From contig MNCI01002362.1 in assembly GCA_015680685.1 (NCBI GenBank), positions 607,777 through 671,776 on the forward strand: a DNA stretch of 64,000 nucleotides, written 5' to 3'. Positions 14,000 to 28,950 of this stretch are shown here, piece after piece. How positions within the stretch are numbered: the stretch's first letter is position 1; the number at the start of each line of letters is the position of its first letter. The notes under the pieces are model-generated. The model did not search any database and was not told where the DNA came from. It saw only the letters and a program-made list of their open reading frames with translations. The stretch is from Gnetum montanum (Eukaryota > Plantae > Gnetophyta). The translations under genes and the position numbers were made by a program.

Positions 14000-14859
14000 G
14001 ATACATACTAACATAAAGGTACCAAAAAACAAGGGGTATTATAATATACAAGCATCACTGTAGATCATGTCATAATCTGTGGATGGTACTAACATTACTA
14101 CTTGGGCATTTAACCAATAATCATGTATCATTACCTTCCCACTTAGACTAGTAGTGGTTGTATTATGTATGGTTTATTTTAACGTAAGACATATGATCAT
14201 GATATTATTTAGTAGTTATAAAACTAAATCAAAATATAGAAATTAATTAATTTATCTAATTAACAAGAAATTAAATTCTAAGCTAACCTAAGAATGATAA
14301 ACATCTTATTCTCATCCTTTCATACATGTCTTGAACTCATGCATTTGGTGCTAGGATTACTAAGTGTTATGCTACTAGGTACACTAAGCAATAATGCTAC
14401 CAAGATTATCAAATGATTAAGTATTTATGTTTGAAAATGATTACCCTCATTTTCCATGGTTAATATACATAGAACTATATATTATTAAGCTAAAAGATAC
14501 GAAGAGTAAATGTAATAAAAGTAAATCTACATAAGTCAAAGTGTTTAAACAGAATGAAATAAATTTCAATCTTCATTACTGCTCATGAAATATAGTCAAG
14601 TACATCCCACTTAAATAAAAATTTCAAAAAATTAACTCATAATCATATTCCAATCACTCATTGACTGCTACTAAGAATCAAGAAATAAAATTACAAGACC
14701 TGGATTCCCTACTACATTTATGTTATCATAAATATGATCAATTTATAGTATGTATAGGTAAAAAAAACACTACTACTACTACATTGCATCTACAACATTA
14801 TAGATAAACCTACAACATTGCATCTATAATATCGTAGGCTAGTTATTAACTGTTCATCA
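14000..14859 (-). mobile_element. Degenerate Athila-like LTR (solo or fragment)
   Basis: CTTCCCACTTAGACTAGTAGTGG..GTATGGTTTA and CTAGGATTACTAAGTG blocks shared with the other family LTRs; terminus TTCATCA at 14859; left end approximate. Confidence 0.65.
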
Positions 14860-14899
14860 TTGTTATACACTATAAAGTAATAAATTTTCCAAAAGAAAG

Positions 14900-15500
14900 A
14901 ATGGATTTATTTAAGAAATGTATTAATGTCTCTTAAACATGTATCTATTCTAGATGCATATTGAATTGAATTAGTTCATCTATACTTATTTGCTAAATAG
15001 GTTAAAAATATATTCAAATGTCAAGACTTCCTATAAGCTACTTTATAATTAAGATCCCAAATGTTTCTCATCTCAAAGTGTTTATATGTATCTATTATGT
15101 GAAGACTTCCAAAGATCTTCTAATCCTATGTTGATGATCTTATGTACTCTAAATGTTTCTAGGAAAGTTTGATAATAGAGGTAAGAGGTGTTTATTTTTT
15201 AGTTATGATGCTAAAGCTACTATTTATTTTTTAAGAAAGAAAATTTAATTTTGATAACTTTTATGAAAGTAGCAGCAATAAAAAAGAAAATTTAATTTTT
15301 ACAAAGATCATGGATTAAAAGAGATCATCCTTAGTCTTAAATTTTAGATGGAAATTCCTAAAGGAATTTGATAAGATCTCAAGTTACAATGTATATGGCA
15401 TAATTAACATTAGTTCAAGAGCCATCAAATATATGGAATGCTGATAAATTAGAAGCTTGAAAGGAAACCATGCAAAAGGAGAATGATGATATTCTATGAA
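14900..15500 (+). pseudogene. Ty1/copia integrase to RT-start remnant
   Basis: Translated remnants PNVSHLKVF, GKFDNRGKRCLFFSYD and EPSNIWNADKLEA*KETMQKE match Copia INT/SH3 and the EP..W..AM..E motif. Confidence 0.6.
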
Positions 15501-16719
15501 TGTTTGATATCCAAAAGCTAGTTAAAAATGCTAAAGATCCTTAGAATTCTAGTTTCATGATTTTAAAGCCACATTACACATTAAAGAAGAAAATGTTAAG
15601 TATTGTATAAATTTACCTTTTATTTATTAATTCAAAGTCATAAATCTAAGTTCAATATATCACATAATTATTTTTATTCAGCCTCAATATCATGTTCTAA
15701 TGTTTAATAAATTTAACTTAGGTCTAAAGAAACTTTGAAATATTCTTGAAACTTCAATGTTTGTTCTATAAATAAAGAATTAGATTACATTCTCAAAGTT
15801 AAGGTTGGTGCATCAAGCATGTTATGAAGGATATTTTATTAGTCTATGATGAAGACTCTCTTATAATTCGCTTATTAATGTGTTCGGATAAAGGACTTTT
15901 TGCTAGCTATTCATGCTCTCAATTTTTTTCAATTTTCTCACAATCTCTCATATGCAATCTACAAATTTACTTTCTATAATTCTCTTGTAGTTTCATACCA
16001 TATTTACAATCTATTTTCTTTCAACAATATTTTACATAAGCCTATATAACAAATTTCATTATTCGAACCTTTACAATCATTTTTTAATAAGGTGTTCTTA
16101 TGTAATTTGTAGATCTATGATCTTTTCAATTTTCATTTTTTACTCAAAAATTTTCAACCATTTCACAACTAAAATCATTTTAGATTCAATTCAATTTCAT
16201 TTATTTCCACAATGTCCTCTAACATTTACACGTCATTAATGACTTATAAAACAACATGATGAAATACTCAATGACTAACTTATCATGATGAGATGATAGC
16301 CTAATTGGTGACTTGTTACTTAAGTTAGAAGCTCAAACTATTTTCAAGAAAGAAAAAAAGAAAAGTTATAAAATCACCCTATTATTATGATACTTTACAT
16401 TTATGTTAAAAATCAATTTACTTGAATTGACTCTTTTTGCTTCTCTTGTAAAAATGTAAACATAAAAATTTGCATTAACCATCATCATCTAATTATTTCA
16501 ATAAACTAAAAACATAGCATCTTGGGGTTGAAATTCTAACTTTCACAACCATAAGACATATGCCTTAGTAAAATGAGTTATAAAAATATCATTAATAATT
16601 TTTAAAAACATGCATTTTAAAATCTTACACAAAAAGTAAATGGAGATCATAAACCTTTTTGGAGTTGTTGGACCCTTAAAATAATTATAATATAGTTCAA
16701 TTAGAAATTTATAACTTAA

Positions 16720-16800
16720 CATTACCCACCTAAATTGAACCCATGACTTAGAGCTTTCAAATTAAAAGTCTTTCACTAGGCTAACATCTCATGGTTAAAT
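16720..16800 (-). mobile_element. tRNA-derived SINE-like remnant
   Basis: Minus strand TAGCCTAGTGA (A-box-like) and GGGTTCAATT (B-box-like) with tRNA-type spacing. Confidence 0.3.
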
Positions 16801-19059
16801 AAATAATTTTTTATTATATGTGCCTTTAATATATATAGCCAAGATAATATTTTCATAGAACTTAGGTATAATATAAATGTGCTTCAATCGTAACTTAAAT
16901 TAGCATCATCTTACCTACATAATACTTATCAAATAAAAGGATAACCAAATAGATTACTTTTTATTGACAAATATTACACAAAAAATCAAATCATATATGA
17001 TTGATTTGTTGTTAAAGAAGATATTCTTGCTCATACTTTTACTCTAGCTAATGAGAGATAGTTGATTCAATTATCTCAATGCCTAACAAGTATAAAGAAA
17101 GCAAGAGGTTACAAGTTAAAGTCACATATAAGGTACTTTAATGCTTTATATAAGTTGTAATAAGGTTTTATGTTTGTCATATGTTCTAAGGGTATATATA
17201 GTAAAAATGTGTTCATATCTTTGTGGTAATTTTACTCTTAGATAAAAGGTTAAGTATTTAGTAATTGATCACCAATTTTTGAATCTTGTGATATACATAA
17301 TTATTTAATGTTTGAAGATCTAAGATCAATTCAATAGAATCCTTAATGATGTTTGATCCTATTGCCCATATACCTAGAAGGACTTCATACATCTATACTT
17401 ATTATAAACTACCACCAATTCACACTTCTTTCTGCCTTTATTTTCTCATTATCATTGGGTCAAGCATTGCCTAGATTACAAGCTTGTGGCAAACCCTTAG
17501 TCTTAACTTTTGTAGCCTATTACATACATATTAGTTAATTTTACATCCACTATTTACTCTATCTTATTCATAATTGGTGAACGAATGCCAACCATTTCTT
17601 CTCTAACTAGAAGATATAAATTATGATCAATCTAAAGCTTTAGTTAGTCTAAGCACTTGCATCATTGGTTGATTAGTTTCTACTCGAAATCTTTAAAGTT
17701 TAACGTATAGGGATGGATGGATATATATTTGATCAATAAAAATTACAAATGAATGTAAATGAAACACGCTATTTATTATGTTCCTTTCTACAATACTATC
17801 AATCTATCACTTCTTAATTGTTCATTAATAGTAACTATATCAATAGAATAGATTAGTTATTCAATAATTTAGTTGAGCAAAACTTTAGACTAATCTAAAT
17901 AATTTATAATAGTTTATGATGTTAAGATGGGTTTGTAATAACTGATAATTAGTTGGGTATTTTAACACTCAACAATATCAATCATGAGTGTTCACGTGTG
18001 ACATGATCATTATCTATGGATGGACAATGTAAGTATACTAGTAGTTAATATTAAGTTCGTGATCATTATCTTTCCACTTAGAGTTAGCAAGGTGCAATTT
18101 GTATGGTGCAATTTCCACTTAGAGTTAACTTTTATTGAGGTATATGATATGATGATGTTATTTGGTTCAAATTAAAACTAAGTGTTAACATAGTCAAAAG
18201 TGATCATAAATTTTATGTCTAAGTTCAAGGAAATATAAATCTATTTTAGTGATGATAAGTATCCATTCCTAGTTTGTCGTACACATCTTGGAATCATGTA
18301 ACCATTACTAGGATTACCATGTAACTTTATTACTAAGTGAATCAAGCAAAGTTACTACTAGGTTACCTAACGATTACACTTTACACTCGAAACCAATTGT
18401 ACTTATTCCACCTTACTAATAGACATTAGGAAAATAAAGGACATAACAAAAGTAAATAACTTAGTAATGGTAAATGACATGAAAAAAGTAAAATTAACCT
18501 AAGTGAAATGTTGCAATGGTGAAAAATAATTTCAATCTATATTGTTGGTCATAAATTATGTCTACTCGAATAAAGACTTTGTACAATTATGGTTCATCAC
18601 ACTATGATCATTCACCCTAACTCTATGTCTAAATTACAAAGAACAAAATGCAAGAATCTGGCTAAGTATTAGAAAAAGTTTTTATTTCAATGCAACGATG
18701 AGTTCATATTTATAGGCATGACCATGATCCACTACATCACATCTACGATGAAACATGTAGAGCTATGACATCATAGATATAAGATCATAACCTAATAAAA
18801 AAAATTAAAAAATTTATCATACCCCCAAGATTGACTAAATCCTCATCCTTGAGTTAAAACAAAAGGATGATAAATTCCTTACAAAGTTTGTGGGACTATA
18901 TACAAACTTCAATACTGTGAATTATATACATGACAAACTTTGCTATGAATGTCACATTTTGGTTTGAGTGATGTTTACAAAATTATTTTGCATCACATGA
19001 TGGACACATATGATAGAATAAACAAAATGTTCAATGTAGTCTTTTTAAGTTTCATGAGG

Positions 19060-21790
19060 TGATGGCTCCTCCATCAGCTTCTTTCTGTTATTGTCGAGCT
19101 TCTAAAATTAGTATATATTAAGTAATATCCAAAGCTTCTCCTATTCAGATCTTGGATCATGTACCATCTAGGAATATTTAACAATATTTACTAGAGTTAA
19201 TACTTCTCAAGGATATGGCAACTGTGAGAACATTTTATTGGCTTTCACATACCAAGCCATAAACAGCCTTCTTTGTTTTTCAAATGCTCTAGCTACCTTT
19301 CTTAATTCCTAGTAGTTGGACATTCTCCTAGCCAAATTTTCTACTACATCCTTCTAATCTTGGTAGCTATCTTTGACCAATTAAAATTTAAACCTTACTA
19401 TGTGTAGTTTCTATTGCACATCCTTTCTATTTGCAAACTCTTTCTCATATAATGCATATATTATGGCCACTTGCTTTCTAGTTTTTTTCTAGGCCTACCT
19501 ATTGTTAAAATGGCTATATTAGTGTAGCAAATATTTTCCAATTCCATGCACTTTGTTAAATATTCTATATGCATGTCTTTGTTCTTGATTTCAGCTTGGT
19601 GCACATGGGCAAGACTATCTAAGATTAGCTACCAAACAAGTGTTTATGTAGTGATGAAATTTTCTTGGATTTAGCCATCTGGATTTTCTTTTTGTTGATC
19701 TACTTTTACATGTCCATGTGGTCTCTGAAGTGCTTCTTTAGTTTTTGACCTCATTTTTCCATACACTAACTTTAATAGCTAACTTTTTATCATACTACAT
19801 AAACTTCTTCCATTGATTGGGTCCTGTTTCTCTAGTCAATTCTCAACTGTCAAGGTTGAATCAAGTGAACTACTCTCTCAACTACTAAATGCTTTCTTCT
19901 AACATACTCTTTTATTTCTTAATGTTGATAAATCTTATATTTTCTATAATGATTTTCCTATTTTCTTCTTCTAAGGTAGTTAAGGCTTTAGTATGAGTGT
20001 AGATTTGTGCTTCTGCCACTGAAGTGTTCCATGTTGCCTTCTCTTTTTCCATCTTTATTTGGGCATATTTGGCCTTTAGTTAACTTATCTATTCAGTTTT
20101 CAACTGCTCTAGCTGGTCAAGCACAATGTACTATGTAGGGTCTTACTTTTTCACTCTTAGTATAGCCAATTCTACTTCTAGCCTCTACACCTCATTTTTA
20201 GCATGATCTACTCTAGTTTTAGCCATGACTATCTTGTCCTTGGTTGAAATTAACTCTGAATGCACTACAGTGATATCACTTGGGATATCAAAGAGACTTT
20301 TCATTACATGCCCAATCTACAATAGTTGGTCCAAAATATCTTCATGTTCTTCTAGGGCCATGAACATTCTAGCTATGACTTCAACATCTTTTAATCTAGT
20401 GATATTCACCAATGGTACAATAGGAACATTAAAGGGCTCTTTGATATGATCAGTGATAACTTTTGTAGCCCCTACTACATCTTGATATTGCATAACCACC
20501 ACTGTGGCTCCCTCTCCAGTCTCTAGCATTACTTAGAAGAATGTAGCATTCCTAAATATCTATTGTGCCCAATCTTCATCCTTCCTTTTCTGTAATGAGA
20601 TTTGACTACTTGCAAATTGACATGGTAGGCTTGCTTGAATTATCCATTACTTTGTACATACTGGAAACCTCTTTGCTTTCCCAAGTAATTTGCTACAAAT
20701 GTCTCATAGAGGCTTAGTAGTCTTGTTGTGTTGGAGGAGTGCTTGGCCCTATTGTATTAATTGCTGGTGTTGATCCACTAGGTCCTGCTTGCCCTGTTCC
20801 CATGGCTAGAACAATTCCTATTGGAATTACTCCTTCAATGCCTACTAGCATCTCTAGTTGATCTTTCCTCGATGACACTGGTTTTGAAATTTCAACATAC
20901 AAGGCATTTTGGGCTTTGCAGAGAACATCATTAGTATATCTCAAAATTCCTACTTGCTGGCATAATCTTCTAATAAGAAAAAGAAATGCTAGAGTAAGTT
21001 TCCTTGCCTTCTTCTCCTCAAATCTTTCTTGAATTTCCAAGAACAACAAAGCAGCAATGTTAGCCTAGAATTTTCTCATGAGAATGGCACTTCCTCTAGC
21101 AGCATATGTGGAAACTTTGTTTAATCTTTTGGTTGGAAAGAGATGGTAGGTTTCAATTTTACAGTTGATCTTTTTTACTATGAACAATCCACTATATTCT
21201 TTCTCACTTATTGCATAGGTCCTTTGCAGCCATAACTTTCTTGCCTTTGTGTTGGATCTGGTAGAGATTTGAGCTATATTGGATGTGGAATTTGGAAGAT
21301 TCAGTGCCTTAGCTATTACTTCAATGGATTATGACATTGTGATTCCTTCTATCATTACTATGATATCATCTTACTTGTTCTTCCAAAACTAGTACAATGT
21401 CCTCCAAGTACTATTCACCATTGCATAAGATTGTAGGCCATAGAGGAAAGGCTTGGAGTTGCTCTTGAATATCAACAAGAGAAAACTCCAAATGGTCATT
21501 AACTTTTCATGGATTTCTTGGAGACATTCATATGAGAGTGTGAGGTGTTGTCTTTGGTCTTAAGCAAGAGGTATCTTAACTTCCGCCTATGCAGATTATC
21601 CTATCGCAAGTGTTGGCTACTGAATGCTATAGGATTGGACCTCTTTCTCAATCAATGAAATTTGTTCTTCAACTTTTCCTCTTTCTCTAGGTATCTTTTC
21701 CCTTTTTTTATGATGGTCCCTCCACTACAACTCTTTTAGGAGGCATCTACAATCACAAAGGATTCTTTTAAGATCACCTAGGGATTTCAT
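19060..21790 (-). pseudogene. Accessory (env-position) ORF of element C, ~900 codons, decayed
   Basis: N-terminal half resembles the plant Athila ORF/Transposase_32-type domain (V.YSIEVIAKALNLP; LAFLFLIRRLCQQVGI); C-terminal half is heptad-rich; homologous to 2744-4616. Confidence 0.75.
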
Positions 21791-23860
21791 CAAAATCTCT
21801 AACTTGTTCATAATTCTTTCTCAAATTCTTGGTTTTAATCAAAATCAATTTTTCTTACCATAGTTTATTTCTTATTAAGATTGCAGAGTTAGAAATATTT
21901 TGAAAGAAACCCTTAATTATTGTATTTTCTAATGTTTTACAAATAATTTTATTTTTTATGACCTATCATAATCGTTAATCTCTTATTTAAGGTATGTTTA
22001 AATGGTTAATTAGGAAGAATAGTTAATTTTATTAATCGTTATTTAGTTTATTTAGTTAAAATGTGATCTATTCTTATTATTCTTAACTTTAAAATGTTTT
22101 TCCAGGTGTTAGCAAAATTTGATGCGAATCACACAAACTACACATAGCACTCTCCCCCATACTAAGTTGGTCACTCTATGAATAAAAGAATTCAAGAATC
22201 ATGCAAATCAAAGTTACAATAAGGAAGTTATGAAGTGTGATAGTTTGGGTGTCAAATGGTCAAAAAAATGACATGAATTTTCTATGCGTGAAATGAAAGA
22301 AATAAAAAAATTTCTAACTCCTCACATGTATATATAATTTTTATCATAGTGACATCATAGATGTGACATCGTAGTTGCGATATTGCAAGGGATGATACAT
22401 TGTAACTTCAATGTTACCATGAAAATTTTCAATATTTTGAATAATTTCTATTCAAAAAATCGAGTAAAATGGATAGTCTGGAAGGTATAGAGAGGATCCA
22501 AAAGGTTCTTGATCATTACTTATGCTTATAATGTAAGAATTTTTCATTGAAAGTGTATGAAAGAAGGAATTTGAGCAAGGTAAGTTGATTAAGTTTTTAG
22601 GAGATGGTTAGTTGAAATTGCTGAATGTATTATTGAAGATGAACCTATAGAAAAGATAACAATGATTTCATAAGTGTTCCAAAGGTACAAGATGATGTGA
22701 AATTGGTCATCAGGTTTGAAGCATAAAAGTTATATAAGTGAGTCTTCCCCAAAGCAGGCTTCAACCCTTAGTACCCTTGTATAACCACACCTACAAGTGT
22801 CTGTAGGCATTCAAGGAGTTAAATGTAAAACATACTTGTCTTCCAAAAAACACATGTTGCTATTTCCTTTATAATAAAACTTCACTATATTATTCAAAAC
22901 CATCAAATTATGATTGTATATAATAATGAGGTTTAAACGGGAGCAACAAAGATTGCAAAGAATGGAACATGAGGTGTCTTACCATAGGCGTAATGAATTC
23001 TATGTGTGATGAATGGGTAAAATGATCGTTAGTCCTTCTATCCAAGATCCAATGCCAAGTCCATATCACTTATTAGTGATACCTCATTGTATCATCTCAA
23101 AACTAATAACTACAAGACTACCATAACTGCAAGGAGTATTAACACTTGGAAATGAAGTTTAAGTAAGCAATTTATTAACAACACACTATATTTTAAAGGA
23201 GAGTTGGCCATTGAATAGAGGAGTGCCTTCAAGCATGGATAACATGTCTTTCTAACCCCATAACTAATGCAAGTCTAAGAAATCTTAAAATTTCTAAGAA
23301 TTCACCTACTTTTAGACATGGATAACATGTCTTTCCAATGGAAACCCCAAAAAATTTTAGTATGTTTATTTATTATGTTATTACTATGTCAACATTACTA
23401 GAGGACTACCTTTAGGCATGGGTAGCATGTCTTTATAGTCACATAGTCAGGAAACACTTATTTTAGACATACTTTCATTTTTCATTAGAACTTAAGTAAA
23501 TAATACGACTTAACAGTAGGATAAGGCTTATAATAGAAATCTTAGAGATTCTACAAGTACCCTTGATGTCACACCCTTTTCATTCCCACTTGGTTCTTCA
23601 TTTTACTATCCAGCCATATTGATCAGCAATTTATTTTAGTTTAATTGTGAAAATAATGTCATTATATCCATGGTAAAAACCTCTTTTTATTGGAAATGTG
23701 TGGATAGATGATGTGGTCTCACTACATATATAATCAATCCTTTCATGATGTGATAATATTAAGCAAAATTCTCATTATTTGAACTACATATTGGTTTATT
23801 ACTTTACACATTATTAGAAAAATCAACAAAAATGTATACATGAAATATAGTAAGAATCAT

Positions 23861-24795
23861 TGAAGATTCATCGGTTGGATGGGATATTTGACAAAAAATC
23901 AATTTTTGGTCAACTAAGATATCAAAGCTCCAATATCTTAGCCCCAATATCTTGGCTCTGATATGTTGGCCCTCATATCTTATCCTCGATATCTTGGCTT
24001 TGATATCAAATATGCAATATCACATATCTGATATTGGGTCACATGCTACATTATCAAATATCCAATATCAAGGGATGTGTGCTGGTCTATAAATATAAAA
24101 CTTGGGCACATGGTTTGGGCATAGTTTTGTCAATAGAGGAGTTGAACTCTTGCAGCTTTATTCCATCATCTTAGAGAATAGTTAGTGAGTACCTGTAAAG
24201 TGGATCTGAGTCAATTGCATGGATTCTTATTTGAGTGGCAATGTACCTGGACATATTCCATGAATGGTAATAAGATCAAGGATGATTCTTATTCATTATA
24301 ACACTTTGACTTAGATTAAATTTACTTTTAATGCAGTTTATATTCTATGTACTTAGTTAATATTTACATTTCCATGCATATTAATGAATTGGCAAAATGA
24401 GCACGACCAGTTTCGAGCATAAGCACGTATTTGCTTGGTAATCCTAGTAGTGGATACGTGGGTTTAGGATGTGTACAACAAGTTGGGAATAGACACTCAT
24501 CGCAAGTAGGCTAGTTTATACTTTAGTGTCCATTATTAATTAGCTTAAATAATTGATTTCTTCATTATCATTAGGAGTAGCATAAGGTCAAACAACATCA
24601 ATTATCATATGCCTCACTTTGAACTAAACCATACGTGACAAAGCTACCACTAGTCCAAGTGGGAAGATAGCAAATTGCTATCAAGACATAATGATCTAGA
24701 TACCACAACTAGTCCCATCCATGGAATTCAATCGGATCATGTGTGAATGCCTGTGATTTGTATGGTTGGGTGTAGGGGTACCTCACCACTCATCA
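23861..24795 (+). mobile_element. Athila-like solo LTR inserted antisense in element C
   Basis: TGAAG..CATCA termini, with identical 5-bp TSD ATCAT at 23856-23860 and 24796-24800. Confidence 0.9.
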
Positions 24796-24964
24796 ATCAT
24801 GGAAAAATGTTAATAATAGAAAAATGTATAAAATATTTGAAAGATATTAAAGAATGAAAAATGATTAAGAAATGGAAAAATCATAAAGAATGTAAAATTT
24901 GATAAGAAAATGTGAAAAGTATAACAAAAAATTATAAAATACAAAACAAAAAAGTTGAAATGTA

Positions 24965-27900
24965 CTTATCACTTTCTGATTCAAGATAAGGCACGTTTTC
25001 CCCATAACTAAATTCATGGGTGAGTGTTCAAAAAACAGACCCTAGATCCCCATGATCATACAATCTATGTTTCTTATTTAATATCCTTTGGAATTTAGAT
25101 TTTTGTTTATTATCCTATGTGAAATTGATGATAATCAAATTTTGATCATTAAGAGACACATATCTTATTGTACTAGATGATATTCTCATTTTAGATCATC
25201 CAAATATGTTTTCTATTTCTTTCTTAATATCAAGTTTGATTCTTCATGTTCATTACTTTTTGTTGGTGTATGGTCATGGTTTAGGATGTTCACTTCTAAG
25301 TTCTTGACTTGGGTCATTTTCTTGGAGTAGGAGTTTATAGGTGGATTCGATGTTTCCATGCTTATTTCTTGTAGTTTTATGTTCTCATTTCTTAACCACT
25401 AGATGTATTTTGGTTTAGTGGTCATTGTTTCCTTTTGTACACATACTTATTTTTAAAATTTTTTGTGGATTAGTGTAAGGATTGTGTTGACATTTTGAAC
25501 TTCTGGTCCACATCTGCATCCTTCTTTATCATAAGTAATACATGGAATTCTTTGCATTTTTTTGGCTCCATGCTCATCTTCCTTGAAAATTTCCAAGGAC
25601 AAGTCTCTCATTCCTAACTTAGCATCAATTATGCTAAGCCATGCTCTCACCATATTAATATAAAAGTCACTATTATCATTTTTCAAGTCAATCACTAGAA
25701 AATCTACTAGATAAGACCATCCATTAATAAAGGTCATTACATCTTCTATCTATCCCAAAGGAATGGTGATTAATTGTTTTGCTAGCTCTAGTCTTATGTT
25801 GTACTTCTTTAATGGTGATATGTTTCATGCCTTGTATGTTTTTTAAGATATCAAGTTAAGTCCTAATGAATCACAAGTGGGGTTGTGTTGATGCATGGGT
25901 TGATGTGTCAATGTATTGTCTATCTTTTCCTATATAAATGCATGTACCCCCTGCATTTATGGCACCATTACGCCAGTAGCATAATGAATTTTTTTAGTTT
26001 ATTCCTATAAGAGTTAGAACATTTTCTAAGTACCCATAGTAGGACTTCAAGAATTGTACAAACTTTTATTCAAGCATCAATGTACCTAGACACCTTGATG
26101 TGACAACAATAAAGAAGAGATTCTTGAAAATCCTTGCAGCACTCAGAATATACTAGTGTTTACTTTCATGTACTTTACATTCATGTTCTTAATTAATGAA
26201 TATGCTTAAGTAATACATGTAAGTATGAATACCTCGAGCATACCATTAATGCTTGGTAATCCCAATTGTGTTATCGCTTCGTATGCCCAATAGCACAACA
26301 CTTGGTAACCTAGCAGCATCATAACGAGTTTAGGATGTGTACGAAAGGTGGGCCCATATACTTATGTTGGGAAATAGACTAATGCATTAGATAGTTACTT
26401 AGATAATTTCATAATTAATTACTTTATTTCACACTTAGGATAATTAAAATAAAATATAAAAATCAATGCATACAGTAGTAGGTCCTCTCTCTATAAAATA
26501 TAAAATGACATTTCTTAGATTTACTTTTAGATTTTCTAGTATGATCCTCTCTCTATATACTTACTACCATAGTAGCACTTTTCTAGTTGTGCCTATGTTG
26601 GCAATTCTGCTTACATGAGTGGTGGTAGTGCTAGCGGTAACAGATTAGGAGTTTGAAACAAAGAACTAGCTACTAGTTGAGGTGTCTAAGAATTTAGATC
26701 AATGCATATAGTAGTAGGTCCATAATACTCTAGTAGATAGTAGGAGGAGGAAGCATGAACTAAGTGTTCCTCAATGAGATTGGACATTTAGCATAGTATC
26801 TGTAACAATCAAATTACCTATATGGGTACTATTGCCTTAGTGATGACATTTCCTACACTTATGGTTGTTGCTACTAATGCTGATATTTCTCTTGTAGTTG
26901 AGGATAAGCCCTACTTAAATAGTTCATTTGCTGGTAGGACTATCAAAAGTTACCTTATGGATAAGGTAACCGTCTGATCATTTGTTTCTTGATGAATTTC
27001 AAATTAAGTACATATGCCTCCAAACTCTTGTAAGTGCACCATAATAGGGCAACATCCCTTAGGATGCTCATACTGACACACTTTATATCCTTTGTATTCT
27101 TCTGAACTAGATTCCATTATTTTTTCTACTGTAGTAAATTCTTCTTTGTGCTTGTAGTTCTCTAATTTATTATCTTTTCTCTTTTTCTTATCTTTGCTTC
27201 TGTTTAAGGCTTGTTCAGTCTCTCCGCTAGTGCTATACCAAATTTTTCATCTATGGAATCCCACATTTTTTCTACCTTCATTGCAATGTCATTGACTGAT
27301 TTCTCAATTGGTACAGTCTTTCATTGTATCATATCTTCCAAAGTTTCTTCTTCTTATGACTCACATATTCTTACATCCCTTTTCCTTATCATTGGATCTC
27401 TATTGTATTCTTCAACAAATTCTCTTTTCCTTAACTCCCCTTCTTCTTTTGTCACTTCGTTAATGAGTCTTTGAATTTAATGAGCTATCATTTTAGATAG
27501 TCTACCTTGGGCATATACCCCAAGAATTTCTCTTATCTTGTTTCTTAGCCCATCGATGATATGTTTTAGTTGTTCCCTTTGAAAAAATCTATGGTCTAGA
27601 CACCCATGAAATAAGGAATAGTACCTACCCATTATTGCATTAAGGGATTTATGTATCCCTTTTTTCCATCCTTGGATTTGTTTCCTAAAATTGGACACTC
27701 TAGACTAAGTTTGACTAAGTTTGATAATTATCATTGAAGAGCTCTAGCATGTTACTTCATCTTAAAATTAATTCTAGTTCTAAGGATCTATAGTAGCTCT
27801 CTACTTCCTTTATGAGTATTCTAGGAAATAACTTTAACTTCTACTTATTATTTTCAATAATTTGTATGGAAAAAGCATCATGAAATACTTGAAGATGATG

Positions 27901-28950
27901 TTATGAATCTATGTTATATTCACCTTCAAATTTTGGAATGTTATTCATGTCTAGTCGCTTGATGCAATCATCCCTTGCATGCCTAGTATGAATGTACATA
28001 GCTTCCTTGATGTTGATCATGTTTTAAGTGGCCAATAAGGGTTCTTTATAGTTTTCAAATTCATGAGCTTTATTGTAGTAATGATCCCTCTGATAATCAT
28101 GATGTTCTCTTTCTTCATGCCTCATGATTTCTCTTCTTTCATCATGGTTATCTTCCTCTTCATTAGGATGTCTTCTTCAATTTTATATCTCTAATAGTAT
28201 CTTCACCTATCCCCATCATGATCCATTAGTCTTCGTTCTCTCTTGCCAAAATCTATAAATGAGTGTAAGGAAGAAGATGAAAGAGTTAGAGAATGATATC
28301 AACTAGTTCTCCTCCTGTGACTCCTTGATTTTTTTCCTTTAGATTCGATGAGGGTCTTAGGCCTTGAATTCCTCCTAAGTCTAAAGTCTTCCTTATCTCT
28401 TCCAAGGGTTTTTGCAAGACTCAAGTGCAATTTTATTTTAACAAGATCTTCAATGCAAATGATTGGTGTTTGAGAATGGGATCCATGAGTTTAATAAAAA
28501 ATTTTAGTTTGAAATATAGCATCTTATTTTTCTTCTAGAACAACTTTTTGAGGTGCTTTTTTTTCTTTATCATGTTCATGTCTTACCTCCATGATTATAT
28601 CCTTTCTTTCCTAAGCCTTTGTTAGCTGGTATGGCCTAGTCATGTATTTAGTGATATGATATCCCTCTTGCACATGGCCAGGGTTGGACCTCATGAGGGC
28701 TGCTTGAAGCATTGATGGTGCTAAACATTTTGGTGGCAAGACAATGTTTCCCTATAGATCTCTCCATCTAATTTATTCATCTTGGTCAAAGATGAAGGTG
28801 GCATCAGGATAATATAGGCCACTATGAGCACCTAAAACCCTACTTTGCATTGGTGCACTCTAATCTTCTTCATTGTAATCTTTGTTATGACTCTCATTAA
28901 ATTTAGTAGAAGGTGGAGATTTTTCCTTAATTGTAAAGGCCATGTTAAGT
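24965..28950 (-). pseudogene. gag-aspartic protease pseudogene of element C
   Basis: Gag core ~27400-28000; knuckle-like CQYEHPKGCCP ~27050-27080; AP-like RLELAKQLITIPLG*IEDV..LVDFLVID..INMVRAWL at 25600-25860; interrupted by an LTR fragment. Confidence 0.7.
25930..26450 (+). mobile_element. Athila-like LTR fragment inside gag-AP of element C
   Basis: TATAAATG and CTTGGTAATCCC..CACTTGGTAACCTAG..GAGTTTAGGATGTGTAC blocks typical of family LTRs; no termini seen. Confidence 0.55.
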
